A stretch of DNA of 64,000 nucleotides from an uncultured Acidobacteriota bacterium (GTDB lineage: Bacteria > Acidobacteriota > UBA6911). The notes under the pieces are model-generated. The model saw nothing but the letters and a program-made list of their open reading frames with translations, had not been told where the DNA came from and searched no databases. The stretch spans positions 157,173-221,172 of the forward strand of contig CAZDMR010000001.1 of assembly GCA_964506795.1 (NCBI GenBank), read 5' to 3'. How positions within the stretch are numbered: position 1 is the first letter of the stretch; each line of letters begins with the position of its first letter. This document shows, in pieces, positions 18,385 to 26,728 of this stretch. A program made the translations under genes and the position numbers.

Positions 18385-19878
18385 TTACAAAACGATTTTC
18401 CTCAATTCCCGCCTGAGGATCTTGCCTTGCGGCGTTTTCGGCAGCTCATCCACAAAATGCACGGTCTTGGGGACCTTGTAGCGCGCCAGACGTTCTTTGC
18501 AGAAGAGGATCAGTTCGCTTTCATCGGCAGCCAGGCCCGGTTTCAACATTACAAAGGCCGTGACGGCTTCTCCGTATTCCCGGTTCGGCATGCCCACGAC
18601 CCCGCATTCGTTGACAGCGCCATGCTGATGCAAAAGGTCCTCCACTTCCTTGGGATATACATTCTCCCCGCCTGTAATAATAATGTCCTTGATGCGGTCC
18701 ACAATAAAGAGGTAGCCCTCTTCGTCAAATACCCCCACATCTCCCGAATGAAGCCACCCGTTGCGCAGGGCCGCCTCCGTTTCTTCCGGCTGCTCGAAGT
18801 ATCCCTGCATGATATTGGGTCCGCGAATAATAATCTCTCCCTGCTCCCCCTGCCTGACTTCCCGGTCGTTGGAGTCGACTACTTTTACCTCGACAATGCC
18901 CGCAGGCACGCCGATGGACCCGATTTTATGGCGGAACAGATGATTGAATGTCACGCAGGACGCCGCTTCCGTCATGCCGTACGCTTCGTGAATGGGAATT
19001 CCAAAAGCATCAACCCAGCGGCGCACAATTTCGGCCGGCATGCTTGTGCCCCCTGAAAAGACGTAGCGGAGGCTTTTCAGCCGCTTCCGAGATTCCGGGT
19101 CGTTTAGATACCGGATAAAAACAGTGGGAACCCCGTAAAAACGGGTCGCGGCATGTTGAGCAACGGCGGCCGTGACTTTATCCATGTCGAACCCCGCAAA
19201 CAGCACCAGTGTGGCGCAATTAGAAAAAAAAGTGTGCATGACATGGCACTGGGCGAAAACGTGATTCAGGGGAAGGAAGCAAATTCCCACATCATCCGGG
19301 GTCGTCCTTTCGTGGTAGGCCACATTTTGCGCGCTATAAAGCAAATTCCGGTGAGTGAGCACGGCGCCCTTGGGCGTGCCTGTCGTCCCCCCTGTGTACA
19401 ATATGGCGGCCGCATCGTCTCCCGTAGTGTCTGCATGGCCGGCGCCCGGCCTGGGATACCCGCCTCTTAGAATCGACTGAAATACTTCGTCTTCTTCGAT
19501 AACAAGCACGCTGCGGACTTGGGGTATTTTTTCCGCCGGCGGAAGCTGCGAGCGAAGCTCCTCGGATGTTACAAGCATGCAAGAGCGGGAATCGCGGAGG
19601 ACACCCGTCATCTCAAAAGTCTTGTATGCGCCGGGCACGCAAACGGAAACGGCTCCGATCCTGGCAATCCCGTAATAAAACATAATCCATTCGGGCCGGT
19701 TTGACATGTACAGGGCAACACGATCCCCCTTTGAGACTCCCAGCCGCGTCAGATAGCCGGCGATTTTATCGATGATTGTGTTCATCGCGCCGTAGCTATG
19801 CCGCTGATCCGAGAATATCAGCGCTGTCTTATCCGGATAATAGCGAGCGGCGCGGGAGAATTCATCCGCTACATTCAT
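18385..19878 (-). CDS. Long-chain acyl-CoA synthetase-like AMP-binding enzyme
   Basis: YTGGTTGTPKG, YGMTE, SGDVG, IVDRIKD, PQGKIL. Confidence 0.9.
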   Translation of the reverse strand: MNVADEFSRAARYYPDKTALIFSDQRHSYGAMNTIIDKIAGYLTRLGVSKGDRVALYMSNRPEWIMFYYGIARIGAVSVCVPGAYKTFEMTGVLRDSRSCMLVTSEELRSQLPPAEKIPQVRSVLVIEEDEVFQSILRGGYPRPGAGHADTTGDDAAAILYTGGTTGTPKGAVLTHRNLLYSAQNVAYHERTTPDDVGICFLPLNHVFAQCHVMHTFFSNCATLVLFAGFDMDKVTAAVAQHAATRFYGVPTVFIRYLNDPESRKRLKSLRYVFSGGTSMPAEIVRRWVDAFGIPIHEAYGMTEAASCVTFNHLFRHKIGSIGVPAGIVEVKVVDSNDREVRQGEQGEIIIRGPNIMQGYFEQPEETEAALRNGWLHSGDVGVFDEEGYLFIVDRIKDIIITGGENVYPKEVEDLLHQHGAVNECGVVGMPNREYGEAVTAFVMLKPGLAADESELILFCKERLARYKVPKTVHFVDELPKTPQGKILRRELRKIVL

Positions 19879-20053
19879 GGCATCTTCCTCTCGTTCCAAT
19901 TCTATGGTGCCATTATAGAAGCTTTGGATTTTCCTGTCCTAAAATTATCCTTCAATGATTCCACCGGTTTTCGTTCGATACAAAAAGGAAGACCGCACGG
20001 GACATGTGCTAAAATAGACATGATCTTCGTCGCAAAGACATGGAGCATAGCAA

Positions 20054-20473
20054 TTGACGAGCGTTATACCCCCCCCAATTGATCCCGGCGATATCCGCTT
20101 CGAATTTATCCGGGCCTCAGGCCCCGGGGGGCAGAATGTCAACAAGGTAGCGACAGCCGTTCAGCTTCGTTTTGATGCGAGGAATTCAAAGTCGCTGGCG
20201 CCCGAAATCCGGGACCGTCTTCTCCGGCTGGCAGGCAAACGCGCAAACTCCTCCGGCAAAATTATAATTTCGGCCAAGCGGTTCCGAACTCAACAGCGCA
20301 ACCGCGAGGATGCGCTGCAGCGCCTTCTTCGATTGATCGAAAAAGCCTCTATGCCTCCCGCCCGCCGTCGCAAAAGCCGACCGCCGGCCGCGGCGGACAC
20401 CCGGCGACTTGCCGAAAAAAGGAGGCGTGCCGAACTGAAGAAGCTTCGGTCTCGCGCTTCCTTGCAGGAGTAG
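20054..20473 (+). CDS. arfB: Alternative ribosome rescue peptidyl-tRNA hydrolase ArfB
   Basis: RASGPGGQNVNKVATAV (GGQ), RTQQRNRE, basic C-terminal tail. Confidence 0.92.
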   Translation: MTSVIPPPIDPGDIRFEFIRASGPGGQNVNKVATAVQLRFDARNSKSLAPEIRDRLLRLAGKRANSSGKIIISAKRFRTQQRNREDALQRLLRLIEKASMPPARRRKSRPPAAADTRRLAEKRRRAELKKLRSRASLQE

Positions 20474-20571
20474 GCTTTGAGAAGGCGGAAACGATAGATT
20501 TGAATGGACCGCGGGCTTGGGGCAGATACCGAAAAACGCAAAGGAAAGGAAGCCGAGGAGAGAATCACAGC

Positions 20572-21411
20572 ATGGGAATTTGGCGAACGGTCCGCGAAGC
20601 GGAGCATGAAATAAGAAGGCGAATCAAGCATTTATTGACTTACCAAAAGCGACGATCTGCGGACGAGCTTCGCTCCGCTTCGGACGTCCGCCAAGAAATT
20701 CTCGAGCAGTTTGAGTCCAGGGTAAAACTTCAAGGGAATGAAAGGATCTTCCCCTTTAAGAAAGTGCTTGTGCGGCTGCAGCCCAACTCAAAAAGCATGA
20801 GCAAGATTTTCAAAACCTCATTCATTCAAAATGGTTCGCTGCAATCGGATATTATCCGCAGCTTGGTAGAATCCAAAGCCCGGTATTCCGATGAGATGGA
20901 GATTTCCGTTGAAATTCGGGAATATTCCGCCCCGGGCCGTCCCGTTCAAGAAGAATCTCTCGACAAGCCTTTATTCCACATACATTTCCTCCAACCCGAT
21001 TCGCTTTACCGCCGCAACGTTCCTGAAATCAATTTGGTGGTCTCTCTCGGCGCCGCCGAGCGGCGTGAATATCGCTTGAAAAAGGAATGCATACTGATCG
21101 GACGTTCCGCGGAAATAGAGGATTTTGAAGGAAGAATGGTCCGCATAAACGATGTGGTCTTCCTCGACAACGGAGACGAAATCAATTCGACCGTAAGCGG
21201 CGTTCACGCGCGGATCTGGTTTAGTTTTGAAAAGCAGGGATTTCTTGTTCTGGATGAAGGCAGCCGCTATGGAACGCGCGTCGTCCGCGGAGACCGTTCT
21301 ATCGACGTGCCCAGCGCGCATGACGAAGGTATTCTTTTGCGGCCCGGAGATGAAATATACTGCGGGCGCGCCTCTCTGCTGCTTGGAGCAGGCTCCCAGG
21401 AGCCCGTCTGA
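20572..21411 (+). CDS. FHA domain protein with FhaA-like N-terminal region
   Basis: C-terminal IGRS, VSGVHARI, GSRYGT FHA motifs. Confidence 0.75.
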   Translation: MGIWRTVREAEHEIRRRIKHLLTYQKRRSADELRSASDVRQEILEQFESRVKLQGNERIFPFKKVLVRLQPNSKSMSKIFKTSFIQNGSLQSDIIRSLVESKARYSDEMEISVEIREYSAPGRPVQEESLDKPLFHIHFLQPDSLYRRNVPEINLVVSLGAAERREYRLKKECILIGRSAEIEDFEGRMVRINDVVFLDNGDEINSTVSGVHARIWFSFEKQGFLVLDEGSRYGTRVVRGDRSIDVPSAHDEGILLRPGDEIYCGRASLLLGAGSQEPV

Positions 21412-21657
21412 GCATCGCAGCGGCGTATGGTTTTTCATATTTTTATGTTCCTATTTTGCGCCGAACCCCTAGGGAACAAACCGGGAATTTTCGAAGGTCC
21501 TACGAATTAAAAAGTTGTAAGCTCAATGTCCGTATAAATTTAGCCGAAAATAATAGATAAAATACTTATCGTATCGTTGGAAAATTTCGATAAGCTAATC
21601 GGGTTTCCCCATAAAAGGGCCCAGACAGCGGGAGATAGCCTTGCCGGGGTCCCCGGG

Positions 21658-22863
21658 ATGGCGTATATGCGCGCAAAAGTTTTGACTATCGACGACAGCA
21701 AAACGGTGAGGAGTGTAATCTCAAAACATCTTTCCCAGTTTTCTGTCGAAATGCTGGAAGCCGAAGGCGGAGAGCAGGGAATTTCTATCGCCCGAGAAAA
21801 TGCGCCGAATTTGATACTCTTGGATTACAACATGCCGGTAATGGATGGGTATCATACGCTGGTTGAGCTTAAAACGGACGAAAACCTTAAATCCATACCG
21901 GTTATCATGGTAACAACCGAAACCTCCAAGGATACGGTTGTCAAACTGCTGAAGCTCGGGCTTAACGGCTATATCGCAAAGCCATTTACGCGCGAAATCC
22001 TTCTGAAAAAAATCAATCCCATACTCAATCTATACAGCGGCGACGAGGTGCCTTCCAAGCCGCCCAACGTTTCGCACGGAAAAGCTCAAGAGACGCCTTC
22101 GGACAGTGCTTCCTCAGGCACCGCCATCCTGGTCGTCGACGACAAGGCCAGCGTCCGAGAACTGATGGGAAACTACCTCAATGGGATTTCCCGCCTGATA
22201 ACAGCCGACAGCGGCCGCGGAGCGCTTGCGGCGATGGCTCACAGGAATTTCGATCATATATTTTTGGACCTCGAAATGCCGGACATGAGCGGATTTGATG
22301 TTTTTCAGGCCTACTTGAAGAGCACGAAGGACGAAACCGCCGCGAGAAAATTCATCGGCATGGTGCTGCGTTCAGCTGTTTCCGATATTCATCGGGCTTC
22401 GGAGCTCGGCATACCGGTGCTTTTATATAAACCTTTCACGCGCGCCGATGTTCAAAACTCAATTGAACGGTCCGCCGCCTATCAGAGGGAATCGGCGACC
22501 CAAAAACGCTTCTACTTGACCGCCAACGGAGACGCGCGAATATTGGAGTGCCCGCCCCAAAAGAGCTCCAGATTCCGGCTTTTTGTAGAATCGTTGAATT
22601 CAGGAGTTGTCCGGGAGATTGACAAAATGGTGGAGGAAGGCTCCAACCTGCTGGTCATTAAGATCGGGGAAGATTTCCTTTCCAAACCTGAGGTCGCGGA
22701 TAAATTCATTGAACTGATGAATCATATTCGCCGGCTCCCCCTGACAATCCGTTTTGTCGTTCATTCTTCTCAATCGCGCAAAGTGCTCAGAAAGTTCAGT
22801 GAGACCGCATCGGTCCCCACCGATACTTCCGTGGAATGCGCTTTGAGTTCCATGGCTTCATGA
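21658..22863 (+). CDS. Response regulator with two receiver domains and a small C-terminal alpha/beta domain
   Basis: REC1 IDD..LDYNMPVMDG..KPFT; REC2 VDD..LDLEMPDMSG..KPFT; no DNA-binding domain. Confidence 0.85.
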   Translation: MAYMRAKVLTIDDSKTVRSVISKHLSQFSVEMLEAEGGEQGISIARENAPNLILLDYNMPVMDGYHTLVELKTDENLKSIPVIMVTTETSKDTVVKLLKLGLNGYIAKPFTREILLKKINPILNLYSGDEVPSKPPNVSHGKAQETPSDSASSGTAILVVDDKASVRELMGNYLNGISRLITADSGRGALAAMAHRNFDHIFLDLEMPDMSGFDVFQAYLKSTKDETAARKFIGMVLRSAVSDIHRASELGIPVLLYKPFTRADVQNSIERSAAYQRESATQKRFYLTANGDARILECPPQKSSRFRLFVESLNSGVVREIDKMVEEGSNLLVIKIGEDFLSKPEVADKFIELMNHIRRLPLTIRFVVHSSQSRKVLRKFSETASVPTDTSVECALSSMAS

Positions 22864-22886
22864 AATGAATCGAAGAGACCTTGGAC

Positions 22887-24437
22887 TCAGGCGCCGTCGA
22901 TCACTTCCCGGACTTTGCAAAGAAAGCTGTCGGCCGTAAAGGGTTTTTGAATAAAGGCCGCATTTGAGTCTGATAATCCGTCAAGCTGCGGTCTGTTATC
23001 CATATATCCGGAGACAAAAAGCGCAGGGAGCCCCGGGCGCACGGAGAATATCCTTTCAACCAATTCTGTGCCGCTCATGACCGGCATTACGACATCCGCC
23101 ACTACCAGGGAAACCTTTCCGGCGTGGTCTTCAAACAAGCGCAGCGCCTCTCTTCCATCGGCCGCTTCCAACACTTTATATCCACGATTGATCAGCATTC
23201 GGGCAAGCAGGCTTCTAACCATGGACTCATCCTCTGCGAGAAGCACGGTTTCTCCGTCCGCATCGCCGGACGCCTTTCCTTTGGTTTTTTCGGCGCGAAG
23301 CACGGTTTTTTCCCCGCAGGGGAAATAGATCCTGAAAGATGTCCCCTTTCCCTGTTCGCTGTGAACTTTAATGAAACCGCCGGCTTGCTCGACGATTTCG
23401 TAAACCGCAGACAGTCCCAACCCCGTTCCTCTCTGCGCGGTGGCGGCAGCGAAAACCGGATCGAAAAGACGGGCTTTTGTTACCGCGTCCATGCCCGTCC
23501 CGTCGTCACTGACAGCCAAAAGGACATACGCCCCCGGCGTCATTTCTTCATGAGGCCTTTCGGAGCCGCCGGCAAATGAAATGCGCGCCGTTTCAATGGT
23601 AAGCTTGCCCCCGGCCGGCATCGCATATCTGGCATTCGCGGCAAGGTTCATTATGAGCTGCTGAATTTGGCACGAATCGGCCCGAATCAATTCTATGCCT
23701 TCCTGCGTATTGCAGACGAGCTCCACATCCTCGCTGATAAGCCTCCGAAGCATCTTTTTTAGATCATAAACCAGTTCATTAAGATTCAAATCCTGTGGAG
23801 AACTAATCTGCTTGCGGGTAAAAGCAAGCAGTTGAGATGTCAAAGAACCCGCGCGCAGCCCCGCCTCTCGGATTTTTTCGAGATCCTGTCCCCTGGGATC
23901 GTCCTCATCGAGATCCTCCAGAAGCATTTCCGAATAACCGTTAACAATGTTTAGCATATTGTTGAGGTCGTGCATGACCCCGCCTACAAGAATGCCGATA
24001 GGCTCCATCTTCTGAGCCTGCAAAAACTGGGTTTTCAAGAGCTTATATTCCGAAATATCGCGCATAAATCCGACGACGTATCTTTTGCCCGCTTTATCCG
24101 TGAATCGGTCTCTTGTTACGGCAAACACGCGTTTTCGTCCTTGAGCGTCCTCTATTTCTTCCTCGGTTGTGCATTCTTTGCCCGCTTCCATATTGAGTTC
24201 CTCCTGCTTGAACATAAACTCATTTGGATTTACGGAGCGGAGCTCGCTAATTGTTTTACCGATAAGCTCGTCGCGCGGTTTTCCCACCAGAATGCAGAAA
24301 GCGCTATTTGCATGGATGAGTGTTTGCTCCTCGTTTTTGACAAAAACGGGATCGCGGATTCGGTCGAGAACTAATTCAAAGATTTCGGGATATTTATCGG
24401 TGGTTTCTTCATAGGCCAGCAAGGCTTTTTCGGGCAT
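22887..24437 (-). CDS. Cytoplasmic PAS hybrid sensor histidine kinase (CckA-like)
   Basis: PAS, H-box MHDLNN, NLAANARYAM, DDGTGM, GTGLGL, C-terminal REC (DVVMP, KPF). Confidence 0.92.
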   Translation of the reverse strand: MPEKALLAYEETTDKYPEIFELVLDRIRDPVFVKNEEQTLIHANSAFCILVGKPRDELIGKTISELRSVNPNEFMFKQEELNMEAGKECTTEEEIEDAQGRKRVFAVTRDRFTDKAGKRYVVGFMRDISEYKLLKTQFLQAQKMEPIGILVGGVMHDLNNMLNIVNGYSEMLLEDLDEDDPRGQDLEKIREAGLRAGSLTSQLLAFTRKQISSPQDLNLNELVYDLKKMLRRLISEDVELVCNTQEGIELIRADSCQIQQLIMNLAANARYAMPAGGKLTIETARISFAGGSERPHEEMTPGAYVLLAVSDDGTGMDAVTKARLFDPVFAAATAQRGTGLGLSAVYEIVEQAGGFIKVHSEQGKGTSFRIYFPCGEKTVLRAEKTKGKASGDADGETVLLAEDESMVRSLLARMLINRGYKVLEAADGREALRLFEDHAGKVSLVVADVVMPVMSGTELVERIFSVRPGLPALFVSGYMDNRPQLDGLSDSNAAFIQKPFTADSFLCKVREVIDGA

Positions 24438-24630
24438 TCATTTATCCTCGCTTATTCAGCCTATCTTTATCGGCTTATCCGCTTGAAATCAAAAGCGGTT
24501 TTTGCCGTTTTTTTCAGCCGATCGAGCGGGGCTCTCGATTTTGCAGAGATTGTGTTGGTAAAAGCAAAACGGTCCTGCAACCTGAAGCTTAAAAAGCGTG
24601 ATAATCTTTGTTGTATTGGATTATTCTCTT

Positions 24631-24748
24631 TTGCATAAATTGCAATTTAATCATGGCATATTGCATTTTTTAGCAACTAATAGATAACATTCTAATACAA
24701 GATTGGCATTATGCATGTATTATTTTGCACTTTTTGCACAAATTGCAA
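24631..24748. promoter_or_regulatory. Two copies of palindromic operator TTGCA(T/C)AAATTGCAA upstream of glnB
   Basis: 24631-24645 and 24734-24748 differ at one base; the second lies just upstream of the -35. Confidence 0.6.
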
Positions 24749-24756
24749 AACAGTTG

Positions 24757-24785
24757 TTGACACGCAACGCCGATTTTCTTATAGT
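24757..24785 (+). promoter_or_regulatory. Sigma70 promoter of the gln operon
   Basis: TTGACA (24757) - 17 bp - TATAGT (24780), 41 bp before the glnB ATG. Confidence 0.8.
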
Positions 24786-24826
24786 GATCGTCGAAGGAAT
24801 TGCCTGACTTGTTGAGGAGCGAAACA

Positions 24827-25165
24827 ATGAAAATGATCCTATCAATAATCCGCCCTCACCGTCTCCAGGACGTTAAGGAGGCTCTTTCCGAAATAGGCGT
24901 GGCCGGACTGACCGTTACCGATGTTCGAGGAGCGGGTAGGCAGAAAGGCCAGGTGGAACGCTATCGCGGTTCCGAATACAGCATCGACCTTCTCGCGAAA
25001 TGCAAGATCGAGGTTGCTGTCGCCGACGACCAGTGCGAGGAAGCAGTTCAAGCAATTCGAAAAGGCGCCTACACCGGCGAGATCGGAGACGGAAAAGTTT
25101 TCATTCTGCCTCTTGAAGACTCCATGCGGATTCGCACCGGAGAAAGGGGAGAGGATTCGCTTTAA
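24827..25165 (+). CDS. glnB: Nitrogen regulatory protein P-II
   Basis: 112 aa, T-loop GRQKG..YRGSEY with Tyr51, TGEIGDGKVF, RIRTGE; GAGGAG RBS. Confidence 0.96.
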   Translation: MKMILSIIRPHRLQDVKEALSEIGVAGLTVTDVRGAGRQKGQVERYRGSEYSIDLLAKCKIEVAVADDQCEEAVQAIRKGAYTGEIGDGKVFILPLEDSMRIRTGERGEDSL

Positions 25166-25214
25166 GTATTAATTTGCAATAGCACTCGAGATGAAAAAAG
25201 GAGAGAGCGGGACA

Positions 25215-26636
25215 ATGGTGAAAAATCCAAAAGAAGCAATTGATTTGGCACAAAAGGCGGGGGTTAAAATAATAGACCTCAGGTTCATTGACATGCCTGG
25301 AGTGTGGCAGCATTTTTCGATTCCCGTGGAGGATCTCACGGAGGAGTTGTTCGAAGACGGCCTGGGATTCGACGGTTCCAGCATCCGAGGTTTCAAATAT
25401 ATTCATGAAAGCGACATGCTGCTTATCGCCGATCCGGAAACGGCCTATGTGGACCCCCTTCTGCAGGTTCCCACGATGGATCTGATCTGCAATGTTTATG
25501 ATCCGCTTACGCGCGAACCTTACAGCCGCGATCCGCGCTATATCACCCAGAAGGCGGAACGCTATCTTAAAGGCACCGGCATTGCCGATGTGAGCTATTG
25601 GGGGCCGGAGCTGGAATTCTATATTTTCGATGATGTGCGCTACGACCAGAACGCACACGCGGGCTATTATTTCATCGATTCCGTAGAGGGGGTCTGGAAC
25701 ACGGGGCGCGTTGAGAATCCAAACCTGGGTTACAAAATCAGGCATAAGGAGGGGTATTTCCCCGTGCCCCCGACAGACGTCTATCAGGACTTCCGCTCGG
25801 AAATACTTCTAAAAATGAAGGAAGTCGGCGTTCCGATTGAAGTTCACCACCACGAAGTGGGTACGGCGGGACAGGCGGAGATCGACATGCGCTTTGCGCC
25901 GATGACGAAAATGGCCGATAACGTGATGTATTACAAATACGTAATCCGGAACATGGCAAAAAAGTACGGGAAAACCGTCACATTCATGCCGAAGCCTTTG
26001 TTTGGGGACAACGGTTCGGGCATGCACTGCCATCAGAGTTTATGGAAGGGAGACAGAAACCAGTTTTACGACGAATCGGGTTACGCCATGCTGAGCAAGA
26101 CGGCCCAGTATTACATCGGCGGCCTGCTTAAGCACGCCGCTTCATTGCTGGGTTTCTGTGCGCCCACTACGAACTCCTACCGGAGGCTTGTTCCCGGGTT
26201 TGAAGCGCCGGTGAATCTTGCGTATTCCCAGAGAAATCGTTCCGCCGCCGTTCGTATCCCGGTGTATTCCAAGAGCCAGAAATCCAAGCGAATCGAATTC
26301 CGCTGTCCGGACCCCTCCGCCAATCCCTATATGTGTTTTGCAGCGCAGTTGATGGCGGGACTCGACGGGATTCAAAACAAGATCGATCCGGGCGAGCCGC
26401 TGGAAAAAGATCTGTACGATCTTCCGCCGGAGGAGGCTAAGGCCATAAAAAATACGCCGGGATCGCTGGGCGAGGCGCTGGATGCACTGGAGCAAGATCA
26501 CGATTTCCTCCTCAAAGGGGACGTCTTCACTCCTGACGTTATTGAAACGTGGATCCAATACAAGCGGGAAAAGGAATGGACACAGGTAAACCTGCGGCCC
26601 ACTCCTTACGAATTCTTCTTGTATTTCGATCTATAA
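25215..26636 (+). CDS. glnA: Type I glutamine synthetase (GSI-beta, adenylylatable)
   Basis: FDGSSIRGF, GPELEF, HHHEV, GSGMHCHQS, RIEFRCPD, adenylylation site KDLYDLP. Confidence 0.97.
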   Translation: MVKNPKEAIDLAQKAGVKIIDLRFIDMPGVWQHFSIPVEDLTEELFEDGLGFDGSSIRGFKYIHESDMLLIADPETAYVDPLLQVPTMDLICNVYDPLTREPYSRDPRYITQKAERYLKGTGIADVSYWGPELEFYIFDDVRYDQNAHAGYYFIDSVEGVWNTGRVENPNLGYKIRHKEGYFPVPPTDVYQDFRSEILLKMKEVGVPIEVHHHEVGTAGQAEIDMRFAPMTKMADNVMYYKYVIRNMAKKYGKTVTFMPKPLFGDNGSGMHCHQSLWKGDRNQFYDESGYAMLSKTAQYYIGGLLKHAASLLGFCAPTTNSYRRLVPGFEAPVNLAYSQRNRSAAVRIPVYSKSQKSKRIEFRCPDPSANPYMCFAAQLMAGLDGIQNKIDPGEPLEKDLYDLPPEEAKAIKNTPGSLGEALDALEQDHDFLLKGDVFTPDVIETWIQYKREKEWTQVNLRPTPYEFFLYFDL

Positions 26637-26657
26637 TCCGCCTTTGCGGCTTCATGA

Positions 26658-26679
26658 GAGTTCGAGGCGCCTCGAACTC
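26658..26679. terminator. Perfect 22-bp palindrome between glnA and glnD (terminator or mRNA-stability stem)
   Basis: GAGTTCGAGG-CG-CCTCGAACTC followed a few bases later by TTTTT. Confidence 0.55.
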
Positions 26680-26728
26680 CCATGATTTTTATGGCCACGG
26701 GGATTCTCCTCGCTTATTCTTTTGATCT

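Noticed and set aside
24654-24715. TGGCA..TGCA words upstream of glnB as sigma54 promoters
   Set aside because: Spacing is GG-N6-GC rather than the obligatory GG-N10-GC.
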